A stretch of 64,000 nucleotides of DNA from the human T2T-CHM13v2.0 reference genome, Homo sapiens: assembly GCF_009914755.1 (NCBI RefSeq), contig NC_060929.1; one strand, given 5' to 3'. Shown here piece by piece: positions 40,040-52,200 of the stretch (position 1 is the stretch's first letter; each line of letters starts with the position of its first letter). Below the pieces are notes generated by a model. That model saw nothing but the letters and a program-made list of their open reading frames with translations, did not search any database and was not told the origin of the DNA. A program made the position numbers and the translations under genes.

Positions 40040-40140
40040 CTAGAGGGCAAAAGTATTTTTTATCGTCTTTGCACTTTGCTGTCGTTAGCAAGGATCTTAG
40101 TGTAAGACAGGTGTTCAATAAATATTGAATGATTGAGTGG
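40040..40140 (+). mobile_element. L2 3' end
   Basis: agagggcaaaag...caggtgttcaataaatattgaatgattga. Confidence 0.6.
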
Positions 40141-41180
40141 AAATTGTCCAAATGTTCTGCTTTCTGTAGAATGTTTTTATCCTTTACTTTTTACATCTCA
40201 GATCCTCTAATAGTTTCTATTATTAAATTATTAACTCAATTAAACATTAGCTCCCTTGGGGCCACAGAAAGGGCTTCTCCTCTATATCTACAAGGTCAGC
40301 AAGAGCAATCACTTGTAAATTAGCTGTAATGGGATGTGATTGCTGATGTTTCTCTGTACTTATAAATCTCATTTCTTATTTTGCAGGCAAGTTCCTAATG
40401 GATAATATGATGTAACTTTGGTGATTTTGTGATTTTGACACCTATAGTAATTGTTTCGAGGGAACTAAAAACCTCATAACAGATAATCTTTACAAAAAGC
40501 AAAGAATCATGTCTCTATCTATAGTCTGCTTTTTACAATAGATCTGTATAGTTGGAGCCTACATTTTATACCAAGTATTCATAACTCTAGATATACTTAT
40601 TGTTCAATTGACACCTTCATCAAATATTTTTCTACTGCTTTCAAAAGTCTAAATTACAGATAAACAATAGTTATTACATGGAGCTTAGTAAACTGAAAGT
40701 AAACTTCTTAAAATAAGTTTTAGATTTACCTCATTCCCATCTTCTCGTAAAATATATCACTCTGTCTAGAAGAATGGGAAAAATGGATAACCACAGAAAA
40801 GGAGTTTTTGGTTGAGGATTCTAGCGATAAGGATATTGGTCTTCCAGCTTCTGTTGAACCCTCTGGTCTGGCAAAAGCCACTCTTTCCCCTTGCCAGACA
40901 TGAGCAGCCTCATCCCAGCAGTCTTTACAAAAGCCCCATTTGAGGAACATAGCTCAGAAGATAGCATCTTTTCTCCTCAAGATGCTCCCCAACCATTTTT
41001 ATTGTCTCTAGGTGGATAAGCAGAGTCCACTTTCAGCATAAGCCATTCAGAAAAGTGTAATCTGTGGTCTGGAGGAAATAGATCATACCTAGAAGAAATT
41101 TTAGGAGTTCACTAATACACACTAGCCCACCTGGATGTGGGGGAATATGTGTGGAAGGAGTACTGGACTGTAGACTTATG

Positions 41181-41365
41181 CAGGATTTATCAAAATGTAG
41201 TCTGGGGTCAGTAGCATTGCATCACCTACAAACTTGCTAAAAATGCATTTTTGGGCCCTATCTCAGACCTACTGAATCAGAAATTGTGGGGATGGCACCC
41301 AGCAATCTGTGTTGCAACAAGCCCCCCAGGTGCTTCTGATGCCTGCAACAATTGGAAAACCACTT
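41181..41365 (+). mobile_element. MER5A hAT-Charlie MITE
   Basis: gcatcacct...aacttgctaaaaatgca...cagacctactgaatcagaaa...cccagcaatctgtgtt...aacaagccccccaggtgcttctgatgc...aaccact. About 185 bp. Confidence 0.9.
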
Positions 41366-41789
41366 CTCGCATGCATCACGTTACATCATTTGTAGCTTCA
41401 CTATGCCTTGTTACAGCTACTATTGTGGTCACCTGCTCTGCATGGGCTCCAACAAATGCAGCCTAACAGTACCATGCCTCATGCATGTGCCCTGAACCTC
41501 TTGCCTCCTGCCCTACGGCTATCTTTGGATGCCAAAGGCACAAAATGCTGTGGGATTTAGTTTACTACCATATATATGCAATGTGGAAGTATGAAAATTT
41601 TCCAGTTTCCCCAGAGACAATCTTTGACACATGGGAGACACTGGGGAAAACATTTTTTATCACTTTTTCCCTCTGGATAGACTGTTTTGAAATACAGTTT
41701 ATATGTTTTCTTAGAGAATGCTTCTTAGAGATCAGGCAATCACCACTAATTCAATAGCACATTTTTGTAGTATACTCTACTTTTTAAAT

Positions 41790-41906
41790 ACTCTTTCTCT
41801 CCCTTTGTCTCTCAGGTCAGCTCTCTGGGATTACATTTCCTAAAACAGTAGTAGCTCATAAGCCTTTGCCTCAATCTCCAATTTCTGGGGAAACCAGGCT
41901 AAGACA
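41790..41906 (+). mobile_element. ERVL (LTR16-group) LTR 3' fragment
   Basis: ctgggattacatttcctaaaac...tttctggggaaaccaggctaagaca terminus. Confidence 0.5.
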
Positions 41907-42157
41907 AAAGATGCCCAGTACGTGAGATTCATTGCAGTATCATTGTGGCAGTTCTGATGTGTACTTTCTACGTAGAAAATAATATGCAAAATTCATATTT
42001 TTATAAAATGTTATAATAAAAATTGTTACATTTAACATATTAAATAATAAAGTAAATGCCTGAGAGCAAACTAAGACATTTAATATATGCATTAAGTTTC
42101 TAATCATTATTTTTAGGCAATTCTACTGGGTACCCAATGAGGTTTTATTGTACCACT

Positions 42158-43304
42158 TATTTATTTATTTATTTAATTTTTATAGATTTTAGGAGCACGC
42201 ATGCATTTTTGTTACATGGATATATTGCGAGCAGTGAAGTCTGAGTTTTAGTGTAACCATCACCCAAATAATGTACATTGTACTCATTAGGTATTTTTTC
42301 ATCCCTTACCCCTCTCCCACTGTCCCGCCTTTTGTAGTCTCCCAAGTCTATTATTCCACTCTGTATGTCCACATGTATACGTCGTTTAGCTCTTATTTAT
42401 AAGCGAGAGCATGTGGTATTTAACTTTTTGTTTCTGAGTTATTTCACTTAAGATAATAGGCTTCGGTTCCATCCATGTTGCAACAAAGGATGTAATTTCA
42501 TTATTTTGTATGGCGGAGTAGTATTCTATGGTATGTATATACCACAGTTTCTCTATCCAATAATCTGTCAATGGACACTTAGGTCAATTTCACATCTTGG
42601 CTAATGTGGACAGTGCTCTGAAAAACATAGAAGTGCAGGTATCTTTTTGATATATTAAGCTCTTTTCCTTTGGGCAGATAACCAATAGTGGGATTGTTGG
42701 ATTTAAGGATAGTTCAAATATTACTTATTTGGGAAGTTTCTACACTGTTTTTCGTAGAGGTTGTAATAATTTACATTCATACCAACATTGTGTAAAGCAT
42801 TCCCTTTTCTCTGCATCCTCTCCAACATCTGCTATTTTTTGACTTTTTAATAAAAGCCATTCTGATTAGTGTGAGATGATATCTCAGTGTGGTTTTAATT
42901 TGCATTTCTCTGATGGTTAGTGATGTTGAGCATTTTTTTCATGTCTGTTGGCTGCTTGTATGTCTTCTTTTAGAAAGTGTCTGTTAATTTCCTTTGCTCA
43001 CTTCTTAATGGAGTTTTTTTATTGTTTAAGTTACTTGTACATTTCTGATATTAGCCTTTTGTGGGATGCATAGTTTGCAAATTCTTTCTCCCACTCTGTA
43101 GGTTGTCTGTTTACAGTGTTGAGTATTTATTTTGCTGTGCAGAAGCTTTTCAGTTTAATTAAGTCCCATTTGTCTTTTCTTGTTTTTGTTGCATTTGCTT
43201 TTGAGGTCTTAGTCATAAATTATTTGCCCAGGCCAATGTCCAGAAGAGTTTTTCTTAGGTTTTCTTCTAGAATTTTTATAGATTGAGGTCTTACTTTTAA
43301 GTCC
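42158..43304 (-). mobile_element. L1PB-like (PB3/PB4) 3' UTR and distal ORF2
   Basis: (TTAT)n tail, then tttttgttacatggatatattgcg...gtgaagtctg...ccatcacccaaataatgtacattgtac. ORF remnant WIEKLWYIHTIEYYSAI..NEI.SF.ATWME. Confidence 0.92.
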
Positions 43305-43430
43305 TGATATGGCTTGGCTGTGTCCCCACCCATGTCTCATCTTGAAATGTAGCTCCCATAATTCCCACGTGTCATGGGAGGGACCCAGTAGGAGGTAACT
43401 GAATCATGCGGGCAAGGTCTTTTCCTTGGT
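43305..43430 (+). mobile_element. THE1 (THE1B-like) LTR, 5' ~125 bp only
   Basis: tgatatggcttggctgtgtccccaccca...tctcatcttgaaatgtagctcccataattcccacgtgtcatgggagggaccca. The similarity then stops. Confidence 0.9.
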
Positions 43431-45110
43431 GTGGTGAATTTCTCAAATGGTGGTTGTAGTAGTGACATACTGGGCACGTGAGTAAATGCTCAGTCTCCTA
43501 TAGAGACAGGCAGGTGGAGGCCTCAAGAAGCTTATCTCATTTCCATGCGCTGTGCTCTGGAGTCAGATTTTGTATCGGGTTGTGCAGTTCAACCTCCCGG
43601 CCAGTAGGTGGCACTAGTAAGTAAGAACTGGCTGTGGCAGAAACAGGTAAGTATAGGCTTAATCTTTATTTTCTAGGAGGAGCTCGCTGTTACCTGAAGG
43701 GATGGACTGGTCGGTGGAATGTCCGGTGCCGTGAGTTACCTGCTCAGCCCTGGAGCAGGGGTCAAAGCTGGGCGGAGCTGGACAGCCAGTCTCAGCCTCA
43801 GGTACTCCAGTGACAAGCAGCAGCACCAGTGCTGATGAGGGTAGCAGGGAAAACTGGTGAAATGTGCCGAGGTCTCTCCAGAGGTGGTAGGCGGTTGCGC
43901 CAGCTTCACATCCTGGATAGGCAGGAACGTTTCCCTATCATACTCCTGTCCCGGGTCTCATGTGTCTCAGTTCAAACAGACACTGCCGTCTATCTTCAAG
44001 CTGCAATGAAGCTGAGAGCCACAGAAAACACCTGTACCATGGTTTCAGGGAGGAGTCTCTTCCCTCAGCCGAAAACAGACAGCTTTGCTGGTCATCTGTT
44101 CTCCACTGCGAGGACGCTGCCACTCAGTGTGGAGAGAGGAAGGGGTTCTGCCTATGGTGCAAGAAGGTCGGACTCGGCAGGTAGGCACACCACCAATATC
44201 ATTGTAGCTGCTCCTGATAGTCCTGTATTGGCTGTCCACAGGCATCCACGGCTTTGTCTGCAGCAGTGGGCAGTCGGGAAGGAGAAATCCTCCTCTCTAC
44301 TACTGTGCCTGAGCACTGGGGCTGCCTGACCACTGGGGCTAAAAAACACTTCCCCCCAGAGCACTGAGCATGGTGCCCATTTCTCTGCTGGAAGGGGTGC
44401 TGTCACCCTCAGTCCCCAAGCAGGAAACTCTTGGGCACGGGAGAGCATACGCTCTGGCTTCGTTTGTCCCATGGGGCACTCCCTAGGCGCGCTGCACTCT
44501 CCCTTCCCCTAGGGGCAGCATACCCTGAGGTTCAGACCACCGGGAATTCTGCAGCTACCTTAGGTACATCTGGCCCCATGTGTGGCTGCTGCAATCTAAG
44601 CAGGTGCTAGGGAATGTCTGCGGGGGATCTGGTGATGTGGAGACACGAAGGCTGAGATTTTCTGGGCAGGACAGAGGACCACAATGATGCACACTCAATA
44701 TGGCGCTTACCACTGCAGCTCAGGTCTGGGGAGAGGGTGAGCAACTTTACACAAGCTGGTAGCCTGGTGCAATGCCCTCAGTAAATTAACAAATCACCAC
44801 CCACACCGGTCCTTGGGCTAGGGCCAGCAAAGGAGCTCTCCTACAGCTCGGAAACCCAGTCTGCCACAGCTGTGAGTGGAACGCAAAACACCGCACCTAC
44901 CCTTTCCACCAGACTCCAAGTTCCTTGGGGTTCAATCTCTGCCACACTCTTCCTTCTTTTTTCTGTGCCCTAGCTTCTTTCTGTGAGTTCTCCAATAGGT
45001 TCTGGCACTCTCTCCTTAATCTTCTATTCAACTTACGATTATTCATCTGTAACTTTGGTTCTTTCTGAGGAGAACTGGCATCTGACATCTCAACTCAGCC
45101 ATCCTGAGAG
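43431..45110 (-). mobile_element. L1 5' UTR (L1PB/L1M-type), GC-rich
   Basis: About 1.7 kb GC-rich but CpG-depleted block. It ends ctcagccatcctg, the reverse complement of the L1 5'-terminal YY1-type aagatggc motif (degenerate). Confidence 0.75.
43583..43616 (+). promoter_or_regulatory. CTCF-binding motif with upstream module (predicted)
   Basis: Core ggCCAGTAGGTGGCACTA preceded by TGCAGTTC. Motif match only. Confidence 0.6.
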
Positions 45111-46329
45111 GGCAGAATTTTGATAAAATTAATAACACTATTTTCTCCCTTTACTCTGCATCTCAAGAGAATGAAGCGGAGTTATGACTTTTTCAACAGA
45201 ATCATAAACTTCCGTACGCCATTGAGGAATAAGGAGCATATTCCTTCAGCACCAGATTTACCTTTCTTCTTAGTGGCCTGATTTTGATGCTGCTTTTTTG
45301 GATTAAAAAAAAAAATCATTCACTTTGCAAATGGGATAATGAAAAGTATACACCTCAATTTCTTTTTGGGATTCAGTGGATCTTAAGAGAAATCAAGTTT
45401 CGATGTGATCAATGCCCCAGAAAACAGAGGTGCACTTACAGGGACATGCTAATGCTCTTGGTGATCCTTCTGTAAGATGCGAATGGTCATTTATTCCTCT
45501 CTTGTCTGAAAAGTCCTTCCTTAGGTGCCTAAATTACTCTTAGAGGTGCATCGCCAGCCCAGGAGAAACAGACTTCTGAGACAAGGCTATCTTTTGTTCT
45601 GTAATTTAGGGGATGTTTTGAAAAAGCCCCTGAAGTGAAATGTTCCCTTAACCTGCTCACAACATTGTCTTACATTTTTCATTAAAATGATTTTCTTCAA
45701 CATAAGTTTTGATTTCCAGGAGGCTAGTGTTACAGTTTTAAGTGACTTTCTTTGAATGTCCAAAAACGCTTTAAGTGGAAAAACAGATGTTTTAGTTCTT
45801 TCTGTTGAAACCACCAACCAAACACTATTCAGATCAATGCATCTTCTCTAAGAATTCTATATTTAGCCCATTATTATGCATCGGGGCATGCATTAAAATC
45901 TTTTTCTTCCATTTTCAGACTATTCATATTTTAGGATTCTGGACTAAAACCTAAACCTATCTTGTTTTCATACTTCCACGTGCTTCTGTTATAAATAAAC
46001 ATGTCCCTGTTGTCAGTTTCAGCTCCACTCTACAGCTTATCTGTGGCTGACCCCCTCCACCTCTGACTTATTGGATCCTCATGAGGTCTCCACATCTTGA
46101 TTTCTGAATAAGGCCTATCCCAAAAGATCCATCAGTAGTTATGTCATTGCTAACTCACAGTTACATCCCTAAAGTTCATGCCAACAAAATAAGCAATTGG
46201 ATAAAATTATACTGGGGGATGGAGTAGAAAGCAAGTCCATTGGGATTTTACATTTTAGAAATGTGAAAGTAAAAAAAAGAGAAAATGTTGTCAATTGGTC
46301 GTAAGAATGGGACAGACTAAACAACACAA

Positions 46330-47080
46330 ATGTCATTTAATCTTCTTTAAAAATAATCCATTTATGTTATACGCATTTTCATGAGTTTTGATATATGACT
46401 TTTAATGGCAATTTTTAGTAGTTTTAAAATATTCATCTAGCCTAAGTAGATTATGCTTGATTTGATCACTTCTATATTTGTGGTTGTATTGATTTTCTTC
46501 AGTTTCTTAAAGATAAAATTTATTGCAATAAAAATCTAGTTCTGCATATAAGTAGTCCTCTTCTGTGGAATTATGACTTTAGGAAATATATTCCCAAAGG
46601 TGGAATTACTGACTCAAATTGGATAAACATTTTATCTCTTACTACATATTGTTTCTTATAAAGCAGACAGCGGTGTTCAACTGTATTAGTTTCACTACAG
46701 TCTCACAAACTTTGAATGTTTTTATTTAAGCAATTGTTTTATCCATAGAAGAAGAATACAGTGTGTCCTGAAAAAAAAAATTTATTTTTTTATTTCTTCA
46801 ATAATGGACAGAATGCACGTTTTCCATGTTTTTATAATCACTGCTTATATAAACTGTTTGTTCATATCCTTTGCCTTATTTAATATGAAAAGGAAGACTC
46901 TAAAAATACTGTAATAATCACAATATAAACACTTTGGAAATCCTGTCTGATGCAAATGTTTTCCTAACATTACTTTTTTCTTAGGCGCTTTCGTTTGTAT
47001 GAAATTTTTATTATTTTATATATGTTCATGTTATCCTGTCAATAATTTCTTTCTATTTTTTAATCTCTGCTCTTCCTCAC
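46330..47080 (-). mobile_element. L1ME-like remnant
   Basis: ggaaatatattcccaaaggtggaattactgactcaaa...aactgtttgttcatatcctttgcc...tgcaaatgttttcc. Confidence 0.55.
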
Positions 47081-47119
47081 TGCTAGAGATTGGCATGCCC
47101 TTGGATGAGTTCTGTATTT

Positions 47120-48219
47120 ATCATCTCTTCTATATCTGTTGTCATTTATAGGTGATTTCACTTGCATCTCACCCCTTTGGCTTTAAGTATCATTTATATG
47201 CAGATGATTTTTATATTTTTATGCCCTGACTCTACTTCTCCCCTGAGTTTCACACACATGTCCAACCAGCTACTCTTCGTCTCTACTTATACGTTTATCT
47301 CAAACTTAAGATATCTAAAGTAGAATTTTTGATTCTGTTCTCTAAACCTGTTTCTCCCCACTCTATCTCATCTTAGAAAATAGGTCTATACCTATTTTTG
47401 TAAGTCAAAATCTAGCATTGGTTTGATTTCATTCTTTCCCTCAACTTCACCTCTAATCGTCAATAAAGACTTTCATATTACTTCCATTTTTCCCCAACTC
47501 CATACTAGCTGAAACACCATCATTGTCTACCTAGGATACCAAAAGAATGACAATCTGGCCACCCTGCTTCAACTCTTGTCCCCTAAAATATGCAAGCAGA
47601 TAGCGGAGTCAACCCTTTTACTTCCATAGATCAAATCACATGATCCTTCTGTGTAAAACTTTCCAATGTCTTCTCACCCCATGTAGAAAGCAATCCAAAT
47701 CTCTTGCCCTGGCCATCCAAGGTCTAGATAGCTACACATTTTGAAGCTACACTTACCTCTTAATTCATGCAATTTTAGTTCTTGTTCATTTCTCTGTACT
47801 CACATGGCACTTTGTTCTGTCCATAAAGCATGAAAAATTTGTTCTTACCCCAAGCCTTTACTCTTGCTGGACTCTGCATAAAATGCTTGTCTTTTTGATA
47901 TGTGTACGACTGCCTCCTTTTTGTCACTCAAATCACAGTTCAAATATCACCTCCGTCAATTTTAATTTTGAAAGAGACTTTCTCAGAGCACTCAGCAAAA
48001 AAAAAAAAAAAAAAAGCTCCCAAGACACTATCTATATAGTATCATCCTATTTTGTTTTAGTAATAACACTTATTGTTTTTCTTTCTTTAACTTGTCAGTT
48101 GTTTATTTTCTATTTCACGGAAATAATAGAAGCTTCAGGAGAATCATTATCTGGCATCTCTAGCATCTTAAATCATGGAAGTAATTCAATCAACATCTGT
48201 TTGATGAATTAATGAATGA
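47120..48219 (+). mobile_element. L2a-like fragment from the RT motif to the 3' end
   Basis: 47179-47208 reads GFKYHLYADD (RT catalytic motif). It ends caacatctgtttgatgaattaatgaatga. Confidence 0.88.
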
Positions 48220-48324
48220 GGTTTTTTTTTTTTTCTGCTATAAATCTGAGAGTGTTATTTTGTGATGAATCCAGACACTGGTAAACTTTTTTTATTTTCT
48301 TGTTTTTCTCCACAATTTCTTTCT

Positions 48325-49290
48325 TAATTAAATTTTAATTTTTTGAATCAGAAATTTATTTGCATGGTTCAAGAAATTGAAGCTATAAAAAGCAGTATAT
48401 TCATATCTTTCTCCCCTCCCTCTTTCTTGTCTCTTTAGTTTCATCACTCAAACAGGGGAACAACTGTTTTCAGCTTCTTACAGCACTTCCAAAGTTTGTC
48501 TATATAAAAATGACTAAAAATAAATATTTTTATTTTCTACCTTCTTTGTAAGCACTGAGGTTTCTTAACGTAAAAGCTGTGTTAACTTAGATTTTTCTTT
48601 CATCAATCATACATCCTGGATATCTTAGGAGAATTCTCATTATTTCTATAGCTATGTCACATTTTCATTGAGTAGATATATTATAATTAACATAGCCAAT
48701 TCTTGTCCCCATCAATGCATATATGATTATTCCATTATTTTACATTTAATAATAATGCTGCTATGAATAACCTTGTACATACCTCATTATGCACATACAT
48801 ATGTCTCTAGGATATTACCCAAGTTGGAATTTCTGTGCCAAGAGGTATATGCCTTTGTACTTTTCATAGATGTTGCCAACTTGCTTTTCATAAATCTTAT
48901 ACAAATTACATGCCCATCAGCGATATATGATAATAACTGTTTCCTCAGAACTTTGCCAATGGGAAGTTTTAGCACTTGAGTTTTTGCCAATCTAATAGAT
49001 AAAAATGGAATAATTTATCTTATGACTGATGAGAGAACATCTTTAAATATGTGTAAAAGCCATTTTTACTTTTTTTTTTACAAACTATGTTCTTTGCCAA
49101 ATTTTTCAATTTGATTCATGTATTCATTCAATAAATATTTATTATGTGGCAGGTAGTGTTCCAGATACTTGAGATATAGCAAGTATATAGATGAGTTATA
49201 TATTGCAAATAGACTTATGTTTATATGTTTGACTTTGCTTGTGTTTTCTTACCTTTTGGCCATGCAATGGTTTTGTTAGGTAATTGAATT
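48325..49290 (-). mobile_element. L1ME-like 3' fragment, containing a short L2-like 3' end at about 49118-49182
   Basis: aataatgctgctatgaataaccttgtacat...ttttgccaatctaatagataaaaatgg. The inner segment attcattcaataaatatttatt...gatacttgagatatagca is L2-like. Confidence 0.72.
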
Positions 49291-52200
49291 TCTACTTTCT
49301 TTCTAAACCTTGTCTAGGAAGCTTCTGCTGCCACTGTGATACAAGTCATAGTTTTTGCATTACTGAATGAATGACTCCTCATCTTTAGGAAGTATATTTT
49401 TCTGGTGCCTTTAAAGTGCTGCCACTGCTGGGTCTTGCTTCACTCTCTTTTTTTTTTCTTCTTCTTCTTCTTATGCAGCTTCTATAAATTTCTCCTAATT
49501 TCATTTTAAATGGGGTGCATGGAAAAGATATTTATTGCTTTTATATAATTTCCAGGAAGAACAGGTTGGCAGGAGAAGTTGATATAGACAACCATGTTCA
49601 TACCAGAAGTCTCTACTTACATTTTTTTTAATAAGACATATGTAATTATAACCCTATAATAGGCATTGTCACAAAAAGTAGTCAAAAAAGTTTTGGGGGT
49701 TTCCACAGTGGCCAGCTGGGAGAAGTGATGTAGGAAAAATTTATTCTTCAAAGGTCATTGATATTGGAAGTGAATTATCCAATCAGAATACTATTAAGAA
49801 GGTAAGAGACACAAAATTGAAAAGTTCAAAATGGTGGAGAAACTCTTACTTCCAAGACAATGTAATTCTATATAAAATCTCTCTCTAATATCTTCACCAA
49901 CAAGTGTAAAGATATTCATATGCTGAAAATATTATCTAATGAGAATCCCATGCAACCTGCGCCATGGATGCTAAATCATTACATGTAATATTTACCTATT
50001 TCTTGGGAAAATGTAAGTCAGGTTTCTGTTTCTCAATTGATATCTCTGCACGAAAACTATTAGGGATGTGCTCAGTCTTGACACTGCCTATTTTGCATAG
50101 CATATATTCCTGTACATATTGAGAGGATTAATGATAAAAATGAAGGGGAAACTTTTAGATCACAATTTGCCCAGTTAATTGAAGACTACATCTGACTAAC
50201 ACTCCCTTTCCATTGCAATAAAATGAACGTAGAGACCACTTTTGATTTTCCAGGTGCACACTAACCAATTTAAAAATAGCTGTGGTTCAAGCACAAAGAG
50301 GAACTGGGCTGATCTGTGGTCAGGTAGGAGCCTTGTAGTATTGGTTGTCTCTCCCTCTGACTGGAAGCTTGATGGTGTTCAGCAGGATAGAGGGGACAAT
50401 AATGGAACTGAGCAGGGGCATGTAACTGGTCAACATATTGAGAACTTTCATTATAGCCAAGTAAAATTTATATTGCTCTATTTTTGATAATTTTTTGTTT
50501 TGTAATCCATTTACTCCAACAAAAAGCAAAGCCAATTCATTTGTTTTCTGCTTTTATAAAATAAGAACCTCATGGAGTTAGTTGTGAAACAAGATTCCAC
50601 TTAGAGAAATATCCTCAGTAACAGGAATAGTAGACAATACTGTCTTTATTTCAGACTAGAAAAGTAAAGCTTCTAGTATAAAGAAATCCTGTTATTAGTT
50701 GCCAATAATTAGATTGTAGATTTGCACTTTGAGGTGATGGACATAGAAATAGATTATGGGAATGAGCAGCACCAGATATGACTAATGTAGAACTTTGTTC
50801 AGAATAATTCAATTATGTGAAAGAACATGCTTAGGGAACTATGTCTACCCTGCTATTTAGAGTCTGTGTAGACCTGAATGTCAAGGGATCCTTCCTGTCA
50901 CGAGTCCAGAAATCCTAAATTCAGTAAATTCAAGCCAGCTGTTTCTTGATTATTCATTAGAAAACACTTAGTAGAAAATAAGCAAAGTTGAATGCTACAG
51001 GACTAGTCTTTAAGGAGTTTATTTGTCGGGAAATTACTCTCATCCCATAATTCTAACAATGAGTAATATTTTTCAAATTACATATTCTTTAAAAAATATT
51101 ATTGATATTTTACAAAGGTAAATACCCTCTGCTCTTCACTATAATAATAACAATTTCCTAATGGCTCAAACTGTGTAAAAAGCAGTTAATGTTTTTGGAA
51201 ATAAATAAATTTAGGTCACAGGGGTACTGAAGCCCAGATAAAGAAATAAAGGATCTTTATATTCACATAGGCAAAATTTGATTTTCTGCTGTGCCTTGTG
51301 TCTCTAAAATTTAGGCATTAACATTTTAAATTATATTGTGCTCATAAGAAGTAGGTTGTGTTCAATGATCAAATCATCAAAAATGATGAATGATCAAAAA
51401 ATGATCCAAAAAGGAAAGATGTTTCATTTTATATGATACTATTGAAAGTAAACTGGTCTCTTCTCTCGCTGATGAAGGAATATGTACTACATCTACATTT
51501 ATTTTACACAAAATCTAGAAAATCAATGAATTAAGATAATTACTCAAAATTCAGAACAACAAATACCTTTATTGAATCAAAATGATAATTTGAAGAAAGT
51601 ACACTTTGCAGCTAGAATAATAGGTGAGTATCCCATGCTTTGAAATCAGAAGAAAGTTAGAAAATGAGTGTATATGTGTGTATATATGTGCATGCATTTT
51701 ATATGAATGGTCTGGATTTATTGTGCCAATAATCACACTGAAAATAAAATGTGTTTTTATATGTTTATATGTAAAAATATTATCATTACAATAATATATT
51801 TTCTCTTCTATAATACCTGAGAATTTTCCCTTTTCTATTGTTTTCATATTTTTCTCAAAATAAATGCTAGAATACTAGATAATATTTTAGTACATAATAC
51901 TGAAATTAGATAATTGATGACTTTTTATTTACACAAACGTATGAATTCAAGATACTCTAGGAATTTATAATTCTTTGAAAAACAAATAAAACTGCAATGA
52001 AAAGGTAAAAATTCTGAAAGTACTTTATTCTTCAATTCAGTTCAGGAATCCTGACTCTCAGATACAAAGGACATGCCTGAAATAGTCTACTCCCTGTGTA
52101 AATTTGCTGATTTGTAAGAGTTTTGCTTTTTATTCCTCGATACCAGCAGAAGATTCAAAAAGATTTTTATTTTTGTGATACTATTTATATCAATTAGGTA

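Noticed and set aside
40726-40950. 74-aa minus-strand ORF with a donor-like site near 40729
   Set aside because: No recognisable protein similarity and no convincing acceptor.
43431-45110. GC-rich block as a CpG island or gene promoter
   Set aside because: CpGs are sparse relative to GC content, and the block is best explained as an old L1 5' UTR.
47179-47208. Intact YADD reverse-transcriptase motif
   Set aside because: It is part of a dead L2 copy with no long ORF around it.
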